64,000 nucleotides of DNA from Lama glama (taxonomy: Eukaryota). The stretch's first letter is position 1. Each line of letters starts with the position of its first letter. Below, one piece after another: positions 12,036 through 25,062 of the stretch. Made by a program: the position numbers and the translations under genes. The notes beneath the pieces were generated by a model. That model saw nothing but the letters and a program-made list of their open reading frames with translations. It made no database searches and was not told the DNA's origin. The stretch is from contig CM052818.1 in the NCBI GenBank assembly GCA_028534125.1, positions 11,844,001 through 11,908,000 on the forward strand, given 5' to 3'.

Positions 12036-12602
12036 GTTTCCTTAAAGTTATAAAATATAACATTGCCTACAAATATCTGTCTATTAGTAATACTGTTACC
12101 AGTCTAATTAGGCATCTTGTCTAAAGAATCAAAGTATTTTGAAGGTATGAAATTAGTGGTTCTCAGCCCATTATCAATAGTGCTACTGCTGGGAAACCTT
12201 GTATTAAAGTGGTACAAATCAACCCAAATATCTAGGTATTGGGAAGGAAAGGGATCTTTCAAGAACAATTTCTTGCCAAATTCTTCTACAGAATATCCAG
12301 TCCCAGACAGGCTATTCTAGGTCTGCCAAAATAAATTTAAAACTCACCTGCAAGCCCCCTCTGGAATTTTGAGTAAGAGAATTATCCGCAGCCATCTTTA
12401 TGTGTTCAAAGACTGCATAAGGGACTTTCTTTCAGGAAAAATTTACCCAAACCATGAGGAAAAGCTGGTAGAATATTGGTTGCAGTTCATCTCGTATGAG
12501 GAGTATTTTGGACTGAGAGGGGCTGAAAAAAAATACAGAGAAAGAAAAATTATCCTGCCCCTCATGGTGATTCTATTAATGAAATCATATTTAAGATCTC
12601 AG
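12036..12602 (+). repeat. Dispersed duplication, copy 2 (paralog at 1571-2137)
   Basis: Direct alignment from gtttc(c/t)ttaaagttataaaa to ttaagatctcag, ~95% identity. Confidence 0.97.
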
Positions 12603-12810
12603 TCTTTAATCTATTGAGACTTTGAGGGTGAACACTTGCTGGGATTGATTGGTTGAAAGAAAAAAAAATGAAAAGGGGCATGTAGTTAGGACACTCAGAT
12701 ATTTGTACTGCTTAATCAAATTGTGAAAATCAAGACAAGTATGCAGGACTTTCTTCCTTTGTTTTTTCCTAGATCTAAAGTCAGTTGAGTTCTGGAGCTC
12801 CTCCATTCTC

Positions 12811-12865
12811 CACACACACACACACGTGCACGTGCACGTGCACATGCACATGCACACACGCACAT
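12811..12865. repeat. Compound microsatellite (CA)6-(CACGTG)3-(CACATG)2-(CA)n with perfect pyrimidine/purine alternation
   Basis: cacacacacacacacgtgcacgtgcacgtgcacatgcacatgcacacacgcacat read directly. Confidence 0.95.
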
Positions 12866-15800
12866 TCACTCACCATTTCTACTGGTGGTGAGAAACTCTT
12901 AATCTTCCACTTCATGATGCTTCTGCCTTTCTGATTTACCGATATATATCCCCCTCGTCAAATTTAAGATTCGAACTCAACCCTTTCAATTTTCTCCCCC
13001 TCTCTCTTCTGTCCTTCTCTTGGGAATATGTAAGTTCTCTGGAACCTGATAAGTTTGTAAGAGCAAAAGGTTGGAAAAACTATGAGTATTTTATCCTACC
13101 TCTGAACCAGACCTCACGGGGCTGTGGGACAAATAAGGTCCAGGCAGAGGACATGTGAGAGTCTTTGTCTTGGTATCCCTTTGCCAAACCTATCTTGTCC
13201 TTCTGCTTCTCCTGTTTTGACTTTGCTTTGGGCTCCAGTGAACGGTCTTGCTTCTTCTTGTAACCAACGCCCACAATTCATTACCACAATTCCCACACAA
13301 ATTCTGAGTTTCTCTTGTACACTCGTTACTCTTTCTCTCTCTAGTTCTTGTGGACACCTAAGAAGGGTCCTTACTCTACATTCCTTTTCCGCTAAAGGGA
13401 CGGAGTCCTGCATCTGAATTCTAGCCTGTGAAAGGAAGCCTGTAGCCTGATGGTAAAAGACCTAATGTACCTGAACCATCGCTGGGGGAGAGGAGCGATG
13501 TCAAGGAAGGCTGACAAATTCTAATATCCACCTTTTCCCTGATGCTGGAGTTTGCCATGTGTTCTCAGTACAAGCTCTCTCAGCTTTTTGGGCTCATTGT
13601 TGCCAATAAAATTCTGTTCCTGGCAATGAACTTTTCAGTTTTAAACTTGAGAACCTACAGATGAATTCATGGCCCTGATAAATACATTGGAAGTCTGAAG
13701 TGGAAATAGCTTAAATGACTTATTATGAAATAAGAAGACATTTCTTCATAAAACCACTGAAAGTTCTAGTCACTAGCTGTAAGATAAATGTAGGGTCCAA
13801 AAGTTGTTTTATCCAGTCTACACTAAACATTGCAGACCCTTTTATATTCTCAAAAGTCAGTGTGTTTTATAGCCTACCAGAAAATTTAATGTGTATATTA
13901 GATCATTTTATTGTTTAATTTTTCAAAATTTAAAATTGCTGTAAAGGATTTTAAAACATCACCCGAAACTAACACAAAATTATAAATCAATTCTTCTTCA
14001 ATTAAAAAAAAAGTTTAAACTTCTTATCATTGGCCCAATCCTGATAAGTAATTTCAAATCAGTTTTTAAGTTGATTTATATGTTAGGTGTGTGTGTGTTT
14101 TACAATAGGGTCCAAAAAAAATTAGGAACTTGAACAAATTACATTACATTAGCAACCACATTTTAAAATTTTGTTACCTAGTTTAGTTACCTACTTGCCT
14201 GGTAAAAGTACAAGCATTGTTATAATGTAGAGCTTTAAAAAAATCTGATTTCACGGCTGTTGGAAGTAAGGAGAGGCTGCAGACCCCTTGGGCCTGGACG
14301 CATCCTACCTCTTAGGAGGAATGCAGTACCATCAGAATAGAGGTTAAAACAGGGCGCTCAGACCATCAGCCTCCTGGCTTAGCTAACACCAGCTGCCACT
14401 TCCTCACGCACACCTGTAAATACACCTACGAAGGACATTCTGAAAATAGAAGTGACTGACTAGTGGGAAGTCGCCTTCTTCTGATACCAGGATTGATGTT
14501 TTCAGCGATGTTGCGTTTCCCTCCACCTGTCTTCCGTTGTCAGTGGAAGAGTTTTCTCTAACAACTTGAAGATCTTGTCTCTCACTCTCCTTTATGGCAC
14601 TTTTTACTTCTTGCGTTCTTAGTCAGTGTCAATGAACCTTACCAATTTCCTTTTTTTTTTTTTTTTCACACAGTGTCAGTATATTCACCTTGAATGTTTT
14701 AAACCTCGCTGATCTCTTTGCCCTTATGTTAACCTCTGTAGAAATCTCCAAAGTGACTTCCCTAGGTTCAGAGGGTCATGCTTTTTTCTGAACTCAACTT
14801 CTAATGTATCAGTTCTTATTTAATTGAAGGACAAAATGCAACCTCAATATAATTTTTTTAAAAAAGATATCTGTCCAAGCGCCAACCTAAACCCGGCGTT
14901 CCTGGCTCCCCTCACGTCCACGCCAGCGTTCCTTCCGTGGAGTTCTGCTGCTTCTGCTGCTCCCCTGAAGAACGAGGGTGTGATCCTGTATTCATAGTCG
15001 CTAGAGAAAGTATACCGTAACAGAAATGCGTTCACATCATTGGGATGAGTGTGACCCACTTACAGCAGGGACCTTCCAACTTGTTTTCCAGGCAAGAGAC
15101 ACCGTATCTCACAAGTGGTTGTGAACAAATATGAAAAATGATATTTCAGTTCTTAGATATCCTTTTTTTATTCAGCGCATTCTTAAGTCTCTGAGCTCTT
15201 AAGGGAACAGAAGTGGTACAGATATTTCCCCACAGCTCCTAATGCATTTGTTTTAACTCCTTTTTCACCAGGGTCAGAAGAGGTAGGTTGGAGAATAAGG
15301 GAAATGGAGGATCTGTATCCAGGCTCCACTATTGTTTAGATAGTAGGACTTGGTATTTCTCACATGCAGAGAGGGTAGTTTATTCTGTTGCTTAAACAGA
15401 AGGAGAGAAAGTATTTTCCAAAGGTAGTATCACCACAGCCCAATAAACCATTAGCATCTGAAGTGATAACATGACACATTTATTCTCTCTGATTATTAAG
15501 GAATTCTTCACTTACGAAATACCCTTAGTGGGAGATCATATTTAGCTTTGTCACTTTTTACACCTTAATGTTAAGTCATTTACCACTTGGGCATATGGGT
15601 AAGCAGAGAATAGGGCAAAAGTTACAGAAATTGTTATCTATGTGATATAAATAAGGGGGGCTGCAAAATTATCAAATGCACACTCATGAATTTTTAGATG
15701 AAGAAATTAGGACTTACAGAAGGTTGATCAGATACAGATCCAGGGCTGAAGACCACAGACACTGACTCCCAGAGCAAGGTTGGAGCCACTGTCCCATGGG

Positions 15801-16239
15801 GAGGGGGAGCTCTCCTCAGACATGGGACAGTGAATGCCTGTGAAGTCTCCACATGCTGTTGAAAATATTTAAGAATCTTCTTGTGCCCATTGAGGTTCTA
15901 TTGGGAAAAGAGAGAAAGTTTAATGTAGAATTTTAGGGACCTGAGGGATCAGCAAGTTTCAATTTCTCGATAACTGACGCCCAAGATAATTAGTGGTAGA
16001 TCTGAGGCTAAAACCCAAGTCACCCAATTCCCGATCGAGTTCTCTTGTCACTTTGTCTTGCTTCTGTGAGGAATAGAAAATAAAGTGGTTGCCTGACTTT
16101 CCTGGAGAGAAACAGCAGAATGTGAAACTAGGAGGGGAGGGTTATGTGAAGAGCAGACTGCAGGCAGGATTCTGTTCTGGGATGTGGTGAGATGGAGTGA
16201 CATGAGAGGGCAGTGTGTGAGGAGCTGGCATCGCTAGGG

Positions 16240-16425
16240 CTGCAGTTCTCGAAGTGTGATCTGCGGACTAGCAGCACCAGAATTACCCGAGGACTTATTA
16301 AAAATGCAAACTCTTGGCCCAACCTGGATCTACTGAATCAGAAGTTCTGGGGGTGGACCCCACCAAGCTATATTTTAACAATCTATCAGGTAATTGTGAT
16401 ACATCCTAAAATATGAGAATGAATG
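16240..16425 (+). mobile_element. MER5A (hAT-Charlie) non-autonomous DNA transposon
   Basis: gttctcgaagtgtg...agcagcaccaga...aaatgcaaactcttggccc...tctactgaatcagaa...ttttaacaa. Confidence 0.85.
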
Positions 16426-17074
16426 TGGTAGAGAAGTTTTCATGAAACTCATCTGGACCCAATTCTTGGAAAATAGAATATTCTGAATAGGAAAGCTTTA
16501 TCAGACACCACAGAACTTTGTTCTGTCTGATCTCTTCTAACTATGAAGACTGACCTGATTGCTTTCATAAAACAGCCACAGACTCTTAACGTGGGCAAAA
16601 GTGCTCATTTAATTGTCTCTCATTTCTTTTCAAGTTCTCAATCCTTTTAAAATTATTTCTCACCGTATCATTTAGTGCTGTCTATTTATTTAGGGATTTC
16701 CCCTCCTATGGTTTCTCTGCATCTATATAGTTTGGGATAGCAACAACATGACATGCTAAAATTATTTGGACTCACTAGATCAGAGAAAGCATATTTAACT
16801 GAAAATATTTTTAAAGGACAAATCTGAGTTGTCTTGTTTTTCTTTTAGGTCAACCCCACATTTGTAAGCTCTGTCATTTAATGGGGTCTTGAAGACGGTG
16901 CAGTCATGTTCTAGTACAGATATATTTAGCTCTGATTTTGCTAACCTCGTTTTCCAACATTTGTCTTTACTAAACAAAAACGAAGACTGATCAATAAAAT
17001 AGGTAACTAACACAGCTGAGAAAGGGGAAGCAGCTCGACAGAAATGGATGCAAGAAGCCCTCGTGTGAACAATG

Positions 17075-17270
17075 AGGAGATAGCATGGTGCTGTGGGTTA
17101 AATCCAGGTGGGTCTGAGCCTCTGCTCTGCTGCCTCACAGAGGCGGACCGCTGGGGCGTCATCCCCCTTCTCCTCTTAGTGTCTGTTTTGTTCCCTGGAA
17201 AACAGGAATATGAATACCCACCTCCTCGGGTTTTTTTGGTAACAACCAAATGAAATAATTCATGTACAGT
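17075..17270 (+). mobile_element. MIR SINE
   Basis: atagcatggtg...ggtctgagcctctgctctgc...gtctgttttgttccctggaaaacagg...aaatgaaataattcatgtaca. Confidence 0.65.
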
Positions 17271-17720
17271 AAGAATTAATGATGCCTATTTATCTCCCCC
17301 TCTCGTCTTAATTTTCTTTTCTACCAACTTTGCCTTTACAATATGCTGTTTTGTATTAAATGGCTCTCAACTGTCTTATAAATTCATTGAGGACAGAGAA
17401 TGTGTCTGAGATTTATTCATAATTCGTTCAGCCCTGTACACAAAACTCTGAACATCTAAATGTGTGTAGTTGGCCTCCAATCACTGAGAGATATCCAGTG
17501 TGCAATGGCTAAGGGAATAAAAAGTGCCACCAACACTTGTCCACGGGCTACTTAACATCATTGCTGCTAGAAAGGCTCCTGCTGTCTCTGTGGTCCCTAC
17601 TCCCTGGCTTCCTGAAGCAGACGGACAGCAGTCATAGGGCTTAACTACATCAAAAGACCAAGAAAGGGTTTTCCCCTAAATAGAAACAATAATTTGGTCT
17701 GATGCACTTGTTACGCTGCA

Positions 17721-17873
17721 CAGTGGTTCTCTTAGTGAAATCTCTGGAGGAGCAGCATTAGCCTCACCAGGAACCAATTAGAGATGCTAATTCTCAGGCC
17801 CCGCCCCAACCTAAATCTGACCGTTGTGGTTTCACAAGCCCTCCAGGTGATTCTGTTGCACATGCAACCATTG
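17721..17873 (+). mobile_element. MER5A1-like hAT MITE
   Basis: cagtggttctc...ttagagatgctaattctcaggccccgcccca...acaagccctccaggtgattctg...aaccattg; terminal inverted repeats visible. Confidence 0.85.
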
Positions 17874-18385
17874 GCCCGAAACGATGCCTTTATTTCCACT
17901 TCCTAGTTACCAGGGGTCCCGGCTAGTGTCCGTCATGTTTTTGAGGCAGTATCTCACGAGGGACAGATAGTGGGATAGCAATGCATGTATTCTATCAATC
18001 AGTAATAGTTACATAGTGAAAATAGAACATGAAATGTCTCAATGTGTGTTTACTGGATCAGTAATTCATAGGCTATTAATAAGTATGATGTTTGAGAAAG
18101 AACAGAAATTACTTAGGCAAATAAGTTTAGAGTAACTAAACAGGATTTCTTCCCTGAGAAATCCTCAGTTTTTTTATACTCTCCAAAGCATTCTAAATCT
18201 CCAAAAATTTCCCTGAACTTTTTTGAAACCACCTTTCTTTTCAAATAAAAATGAATCTTTGCTGATATGAAGACCTCTTTTGTGGTTGAATTTTCCACAT
18301 CTGAATTTTGTTACAATATTACTTGTCATTAAGAAGCATTTGATGTTATGCTATTTTTACTTGGAGCTTTTCAAAATTATTAGTC

Positions 18386-18617
18386 CAGCGGTCCTCAACC
18401 AGGTTCTCATACCACTTACCCCACCCCAGCCCAGGGGTTAGCTGGCAAGGTCTGGAGACGTTTTTGCTTGTCACAGGTGGGAGGGGGTGTTTGCTACTGG
18501 CAACTAGTGAATAGAGGCCAGAGATGATGCCAAACATCCTGCAATACAAATAACAGCCCCCGCAACAAAGAATTATCCAGCCCCAAGTGTCAGTAGCATC
18601 GAGGTTGAGATACCGCA
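18386..18617 (+). mobile_element. MER20 (hAT-Charlie)
   Basis: cagcggtcctcaacc...gtctggagacgttttt...tgctactggcaactagtgaatagaggccagagatg...acaaagaattatccagcccc...gaggttgaga. Confidence 0.92.
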
Positions 18618-18639
18618 TATTCTTCAGTCAAGTATTTAG

Positions 18640-18770
18640 TCAGCTTCTGTGCACACATCCACTGAGCTACAGAATAGACGTGCTGTCTTCATCTTCAGAG
18701 TTCCAGTCCTTACCACACTGCCTGACACAAAAGATGCACCCAATAAGAGCTTAGTGAATAAATGAATTAA
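18640..18770 (+). mobile_element. L2 3' terminus
   Basis: cacactgcctgacacaaaagatgcacccaataagagcttagtgaataaatgaat. Confidence 0.7.
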
Positions 18771-20029
18771 TTTGTAAAAAAAAAAAATGAATGATTGGAG
18801 GAAGCTTGACTCCCCTAAATGACGTGGCAGCAAACCTTGCAAGACAATATAAAATCCACCTTATTTGACACAGCAAGTGAAGTCTATGTCCAGGAAGGCT
18901 GTGAGGAGGCAGGAAGGTTGCAAATGATCTTAAGTGATCAGAGCAGATGCTGGAAAGCAGAGAGCAGCCCGGCCGAGGGGGATATGAGAGACGGCACAGA
19001 GAACGGGGCCCAGCCAGGTGCTCCAACACACCTTGTAGGTCAGTGCCACGCAGCTTTACTCACGGGATCCACCTAGAGATTCTGTTCCATTCCTTTGACC
19101 CAATGTCCCGTCACAGACAGGTAGCAGGTGGCAGAGATCACCATCTGCTGGCCTTAAAGCCATAGTGTTTTGTTGACCACCACAGGGTTTTGTTTGTCTG
19201 TTTGATTCTTTTTAGGAGTTTTCTTTTCTGTTTAACTGTCTTTAATGATCTCAGCAACGTATTATATTTCAGTGAATTTTTTAACAAATTCAGATAAAAC
19301 ACCAAGTCCTCCTTGACCTCCACCCAGTCCTCTCTCCAGTGTTTGACACCACGTTTGTTTGTTTGAATTCACTTTGAATGCCTGTAGTTGACTTTGACTT
19401 TGAACTCGCCAGCTCACCACAGTCTCCACCTACTGCCTCACCCCTAAGCTGACTGCAGTCTATCTGCCACCCACCTGGCCCTGCGGTCACTTGCTGTGAG
19501 AGGAAAAGCACTGTAATTGGCGTCCTAAGACCACCCTTATCTGAACAAACCTCGGCTGACCACTTAGCACAGTGAGCTGTATCTTGCTCATTTCTAGGAC
19601 CTGTGCTCCCTACAAGACAAGAATTAAGAAACTACCTGGCAAGCCATACTTTCCTGAGCAAGAGGTACCCCGAGCAAGGGAGCGTGTATCTCAAAGAAGA
19701 CTACAAAAGAGCAAAACCTTTCCCACACCCATGATCTAGCCATGAAAATCAAACAAAACTTGGATTCTGTCCCGTGATAAATTCCATCATAAGCAATGAT
19801 CCAAGTGAAGCACTTAGACATTCCCCAAACAAAAGTGGTTCACAATTTTAGTATCATTTTTGGTGCTTCAAGTGATAGTCATAAAACATTCCTGTTTATT
19901 TTTATATGAACATACTTTGTTACTTTCTACAAAGTAGAATTGATACCCCAGGAAGACGAGTCATGTTTGTCCTAGAGTTTCAGCTACTTCCTGACACCCT
20001 ACAAAACATTAAACAAATGTGAGATGTTG

Positions 20030-20355
20030 GGATTAGCAGTCTTCCAAGACCCAGCTAAACAACTCTTTCATAAAACCCTCTCTGACCGCCCCAGCTGAAC
20101 TCCTCTGGTGGTGATTTCTCTCCTGTTTTCTTGGTCATTATGTGTACACATGGCCTTGTATTGCTTCTATTGTTGTCACACTGTTATTTAAATATTTGTG
20201 GAATAGAGATTCTAGTCTTTAATTTTTCATGTGTTTATCTCATCTCTTCTCACTTGGTTAATGGGCTTCTTGATGTCAGAGGCCACGTTCCCTGCCGCAT
20301 TTTGCAACACACTACACACATTGTAGGCGCCCAGTAAGTGTCTTTAATTTCATTT
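20030..20355 (+). mobile_element. L2 3' fragment
   Basis: aaaaccctctctgaccgcccca...gggcttcttgatgtcagaggccacg...acacattgtaggcgcccagtaagtgt. Confidence 0.6.
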
Positions 20356-22110
20356 GAAGAGAGTGTTAGATCCTAGAAGTGCCACAGAATGTGTCTCTTA
20401 AAACTCCTCATCTATAACCTTGTCCCTTCTGATTTGTAACCAGAGAAGAGCTTTGAAGTGAGGTGACAGTTTGTTTCTTTCTTACGTGTTCCTCGGAACG
20501 AAAGCCCTTGTTTTCCACCCTGGCAAAGTGAGAAGATTTGAATCTTTTTAATGCAAAACCCAATATATGCTATTCTTTGTACTGAAGGTCATCTGCTAGA
20601 ATCTAAAAGTATCTGTTGGCAATAATTATTTAAGTAGTGTATTTCTAATCTTCAAAGGGATAGTTCCATGTTTCAAATTAATTTTCTTATTTGTCTATGG
20701 TTGCAGCTTAAAACACTTTTCCTTAGATGCAGTATAAAATGTTAATAGCTACATATAGAGTGACTTTACGACTGTAGTGTCATTTTTCTCAGCTTGATCA
20801 GCTCTTTTGAATGGCATCATTATGATCAAAGTTGTTTACAGTAATAAAATATGAATAGTTTCGATAAAAAAGTAGGCACCATTACAATTAAACAGTATCT
20901 GGCATTTTAGAATGTGATAACTACTCATAATGCTGCCTTAGTATAAGCAAGTCTACAATATAAACACAGTCACAAGAATGACCTAAAGAAGTCTTTGAAG
21001 CACAAAAAGGAACATAAATTGGGGGCGGTGTGGTGCCATAGGGTGAGAACATGACTCAGAAAGCAGAATATTCAACACACCTGGATTCTTTCAAAGAAAT
21101 TGTGCTTTTTTAAAAAAAAAAACATTTTATTTATACAGTACCCTTCATCTAGTTTTATATCTGTAAGAAACAAGCAAATTTTAAAATTAAGACAACATGC
21201 CAAATGTCTCAATAAAACTTGGGTCTTAATACTTTGTTTGATAAGGTATACTGCAAAAATTAGCATATTCATATTTGTAGGGTGTTTATTCAATTATATT
21301 ACTGTGCTATTGGAAAACATAACAACTAGGATATATAAAATAGCTCTATAAATCTTCACACCTTGTACTAACACCTCTCAAGTGCAATCAAGTTTTCTTG
21401 ATCCAGGCACTGATTTTCAGGTTTCTATTCCTTTTCTTTTTTCTGAAGATTGACTTACTTCTGGTTCTTATATATATATACCCATTGTCACCACCATTAG
21501 AGGGGTGGCAGGTAAGAGAAATTTGATGAATTCCTAGTCAATCAGTGTTGCTACTGGTTTGAGCTTCTGAAACAGGTTTGAAGGCACAAAGAGTGGTAGA
21601 CTATTTCTTTGGGGGATAAAAAGGGCTGCTTTCAGCAATTTTAGGAAGGTGATTGTCTTCCTACTGTTACAAGTGAGTAAAGTTGTGAGGGCGAACACAG
21701 AAGCAGCTGAAAATGATGACTATGTTGGCTCCTTTATTGAAGAAGGGAAGTAAGTAATTTTTGACATAGATAGAGTAATTAGGAACCTGTGAGCAAATAA
21801 ATAAAAGAGTGGTTAAGATTACTTAACATACTGTCTGTATGCCAGCAACACTAAAATGTAACTCAAGGCGTATGATCTTTTTACTGATTCATTATTTGTT
21901 CATGAATAACAAAAGTGTTTTCTCCTGCCAGAGTATTTTAATTTGCCAGATGAACCAAGTTCAGACTTTGACCTTTATTTAGGGCTTTCCACAGTCTGAC
22001 CTTGGCATCCTTGAACAAACGTATGGCTCCCCAGACCTCTCTGTAAACCTCCAGCTCATCTGTAGCTCCTTGATAAATTGTTACAAATTTGTGTCTCCAT
22101 TGAATCCCAA

Positions 22111-22136
22111 ACACACACACACACACACACACACAC
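22111..22136. repeat. (AC)13 microsatellite
   Basis: Read directly. Confidence 0.97.
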
Positions 22137-23084
22137 AACCTATTGCAACCTCATAAGTATCTAAACAATATCTTTCTTATGAAGCTGCTCCATTTCCACC
22201 CCCTCTTCTGTAACCAGTCTCTCCAAAGCTCCTTCTTTGGTTCAGTCTTCCTCTATCGTCTGTACCACGCACTCAACGCTTATCCAGAGCTATTTTAGAT
22301 TTCTGGCTCACTACTTCTGGTTGCCTTTCACATAATATATCCTGAAAAATATTTAGTGGGAGTTTTTAATAGTCATGAGATATTCTGATTCTAGCATAGA
22401 GTTATCCAATGACACAAAACAATAATCTATGTCCTAAATCTATAAGCTTGGAAAGAATTTCTCATAGATCTGGCTTTTCCGTTTTCCGTTAGAGCTCAAA
22501 ATGTATCCTTTCTTGCTTTCCTATACTCTCTGCAGGAGATACCTAAGTTGAAAGTAGAACAAAATTAAGAAACAAATTTAAAAAAAAAAAAACCTAACCA
22601 CTGAGATATCAGAATGTCAGCGGAAATACTTCCAAAATAATCTTCATTGTATAAGCAAAAAAGGCAAGTGCCAACTGTGACAGCTGTTATCTGCAACAAG
22701 GAAAACAGTGCAAAGCCAGTCCATCCTTTCTGATGTTTTTGATTTTCACCCATCCCAAGGGCAAGATTATGTGTATGAACTAAACAAGTGGTTTCTAGGG
22801 AGGGAAAATAAAATAACAACACATTTGATCATCACTACCAGGCTCAATAACATGGTTTTAAAGTAAAATTTGAGACTGTTAATTTAGCAGTTATTAATTT
22901 AAAAGATCAGCAAACCCATTAATTTAAGAACAAACATGTAAACCAATGATTCACCATTCCAGGGATATCATCTTTCAACAAATATAAGCATACCATACAT
23001 GTTTGGCACCTTTACTTAAAGCAGCAGTGCGGGAGGGATGGAGAAGTTGAAGACTTTGGTGTTAGACACAATCACGTTTTTTGC

Positions 23085-24808
23085 TTGTTTATTTTGATTA
23101 AAAAATGTATATATTTAAGGTGTACAATGTGATATGTTGATATATGTATACACTGTAAAATAATCACCACAATCAAACAAATGAATATATCCGTCACCTC
23201 CCAGAATTATCTTTTGTGTGTGTGTTAAGAAAATTTGAAATCTACTCTCTTAGCAAATGTCAAGTTTGCAGTACATTCTTATTAACTGTAGTTACCATGC
23301 TATACAGCAGATCTCCAGAATTTATCTTGCAACTGAAAGTGTGTGCCCATTGATCAATATCTTCCCTTTTCTCCTACCCCTCAGCTTTTGGCAACCACCA
23401 ATCTACTCTCAGTTACTATGAGCTCAACTTTTTTTTTAGATTCCACATATAAGTGAAATCATGTGATATTTGTCTTTCTGTGTCTGGTTTTGCAGTTAGC
23501 ATAACAACTTCCAGGTTCATCCAAGCTCTCTCAAATAGTAGGATTTTCTTCTTTTTTTTTTTTAAGACCGGATAATTCATTGTTTATCTATACCAGATTT
23601 TCTTATCCATTCATTGGCCCATGGACAGTTAGGCTGTTTCCATATCTTAGCTACTGTGAATGATGCTGCAATGAACATGAGAATGCAGGTATCTCTTCAA
23701 GATATTGATTTTATTTTCTCTAGATACACCCCTAGAAGTGGGATTGATATGGTAGTTCTATTTTTAATTTTTTGAGGATCTTCCATATTGTTTTCCATAA
23801 AGGCTGTGCCAGTTTGTAGTCCCCTCAAGAGTGCACAAGGGTTCCCTTTGGTCTACTTCTTTGCCAACACTTGCTATCCTTTGACTTTTATTAACAGCCA
23901 TCCTAACAGGTGTGAGAGGATATCTCACTGTGGTTTTGATTTGCATTTCCCTGATGGTTAGTGATGTTGAACATTTTTTCATGTACATGTTGGTCATTTG
24001 TATGTCTTCTCTGGAAAAATGTCAGTTTGGGTCCTTTGCCAATTTTTCCATTGAGTGATGTATTTGTTTTTGCTATTGAGTTGTGTGAGTTCCTTACATA
24101 TTTTGGATATTAATCTCTGATCAGATATGTGGTTTGCAAGTATTCTCTCCATTCTGTAGGTTATCTTTTCATTCTGTTAATTGTTTCCTTTGCTGTACAG
24201 AAACTTATTAGTTTGGTGGAGTGCTACTTGTTTATTTTTGCTTTGGCCAAGGTAAAGGAGATTTTCCCCTGTTTTTTTTCTAGAAGTTTTATTTTCAGAT
24301 CTTAAGTCTTTAATCCATTTTGAGTTGATACTTGTGTATGGTGTAAAATAAGGATCCAATTTCATTCTTTTGCATGTGGATATCCAGTTTTCCTACCACC
24401 ATTTATTGAAGAGATAATTCTTTCTCCATTTTACATTCTGTTCTAGAAAACTAGTTGACTGCATATGTGTGTGTTTATTTCTGGGCTCTCTATTCTGTTC
24501 CATTGGTCTAGGTGTCTGTTTTTATGCCAGTTCCATAGGGTTTTGATTACTATAGCTATGTAACATATTTTGAGACTAGAAAGTGTGATACCTCCAGCTT
24601 TATTCTTCTTGTTCAACATTACTTTAATTATTTGGGATATTTTGTGGTTTCATACCAATTTTAGGATTTTTTTTCTATTTATGTGAAAAATGCCATTGGA
24701 ATTTTGATAGGGATTACACTGAATGTGTACATTGCTTTGGAAAGAATGGACACTTTAACAACATTAATTCTTCCAATCCATGAACACAGGATATCTTTCC
24801 ATTTATTC
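23085..24808 (-). mobile_element. 5'-truncated L1 (L1MA9-like): 3' UTR plus disrupted ORF2 C-terminus
   Basis: 3' end tatatatttaaggtgtacaatgtgat...atctactctcttagcaaat. ORF2 peptides [18 protein letters not shown] (23764-23997), [21 protein letters not shown] (24177-24365) and [17 protein letters not shown] (24679-24891). Confidence 0.93.
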
Positions 24809-25062
24809 CAATTGATTATAAAATGCTTGCAAGTCATAGGAAAGAGAAAAGGAAACCTTCCAAAAAGAAGAACATTTATATATACACACATTCACATATA
24901 GGCCATGTGCCTTGTGGGTCAGCCTCTCACAGAGTCCTCAAAGCAGCACATGTATCAGCCACTGGACTTAGTCCCAGGCCACCATTGTCATGGTTTATAT
25001 GATTTGCCCCAGCAACCTCACTTCTAGAAATCTGTCTTGGAAAAGTATTTTCACAAGTGCAG

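Noticed and set aside
14860..15060. Local CpG-rich patch as a CpG island or processed pseudogene
   Set aside because: Only ~200 bp, with no recognisable coding similarity, polyA tail or TSD.
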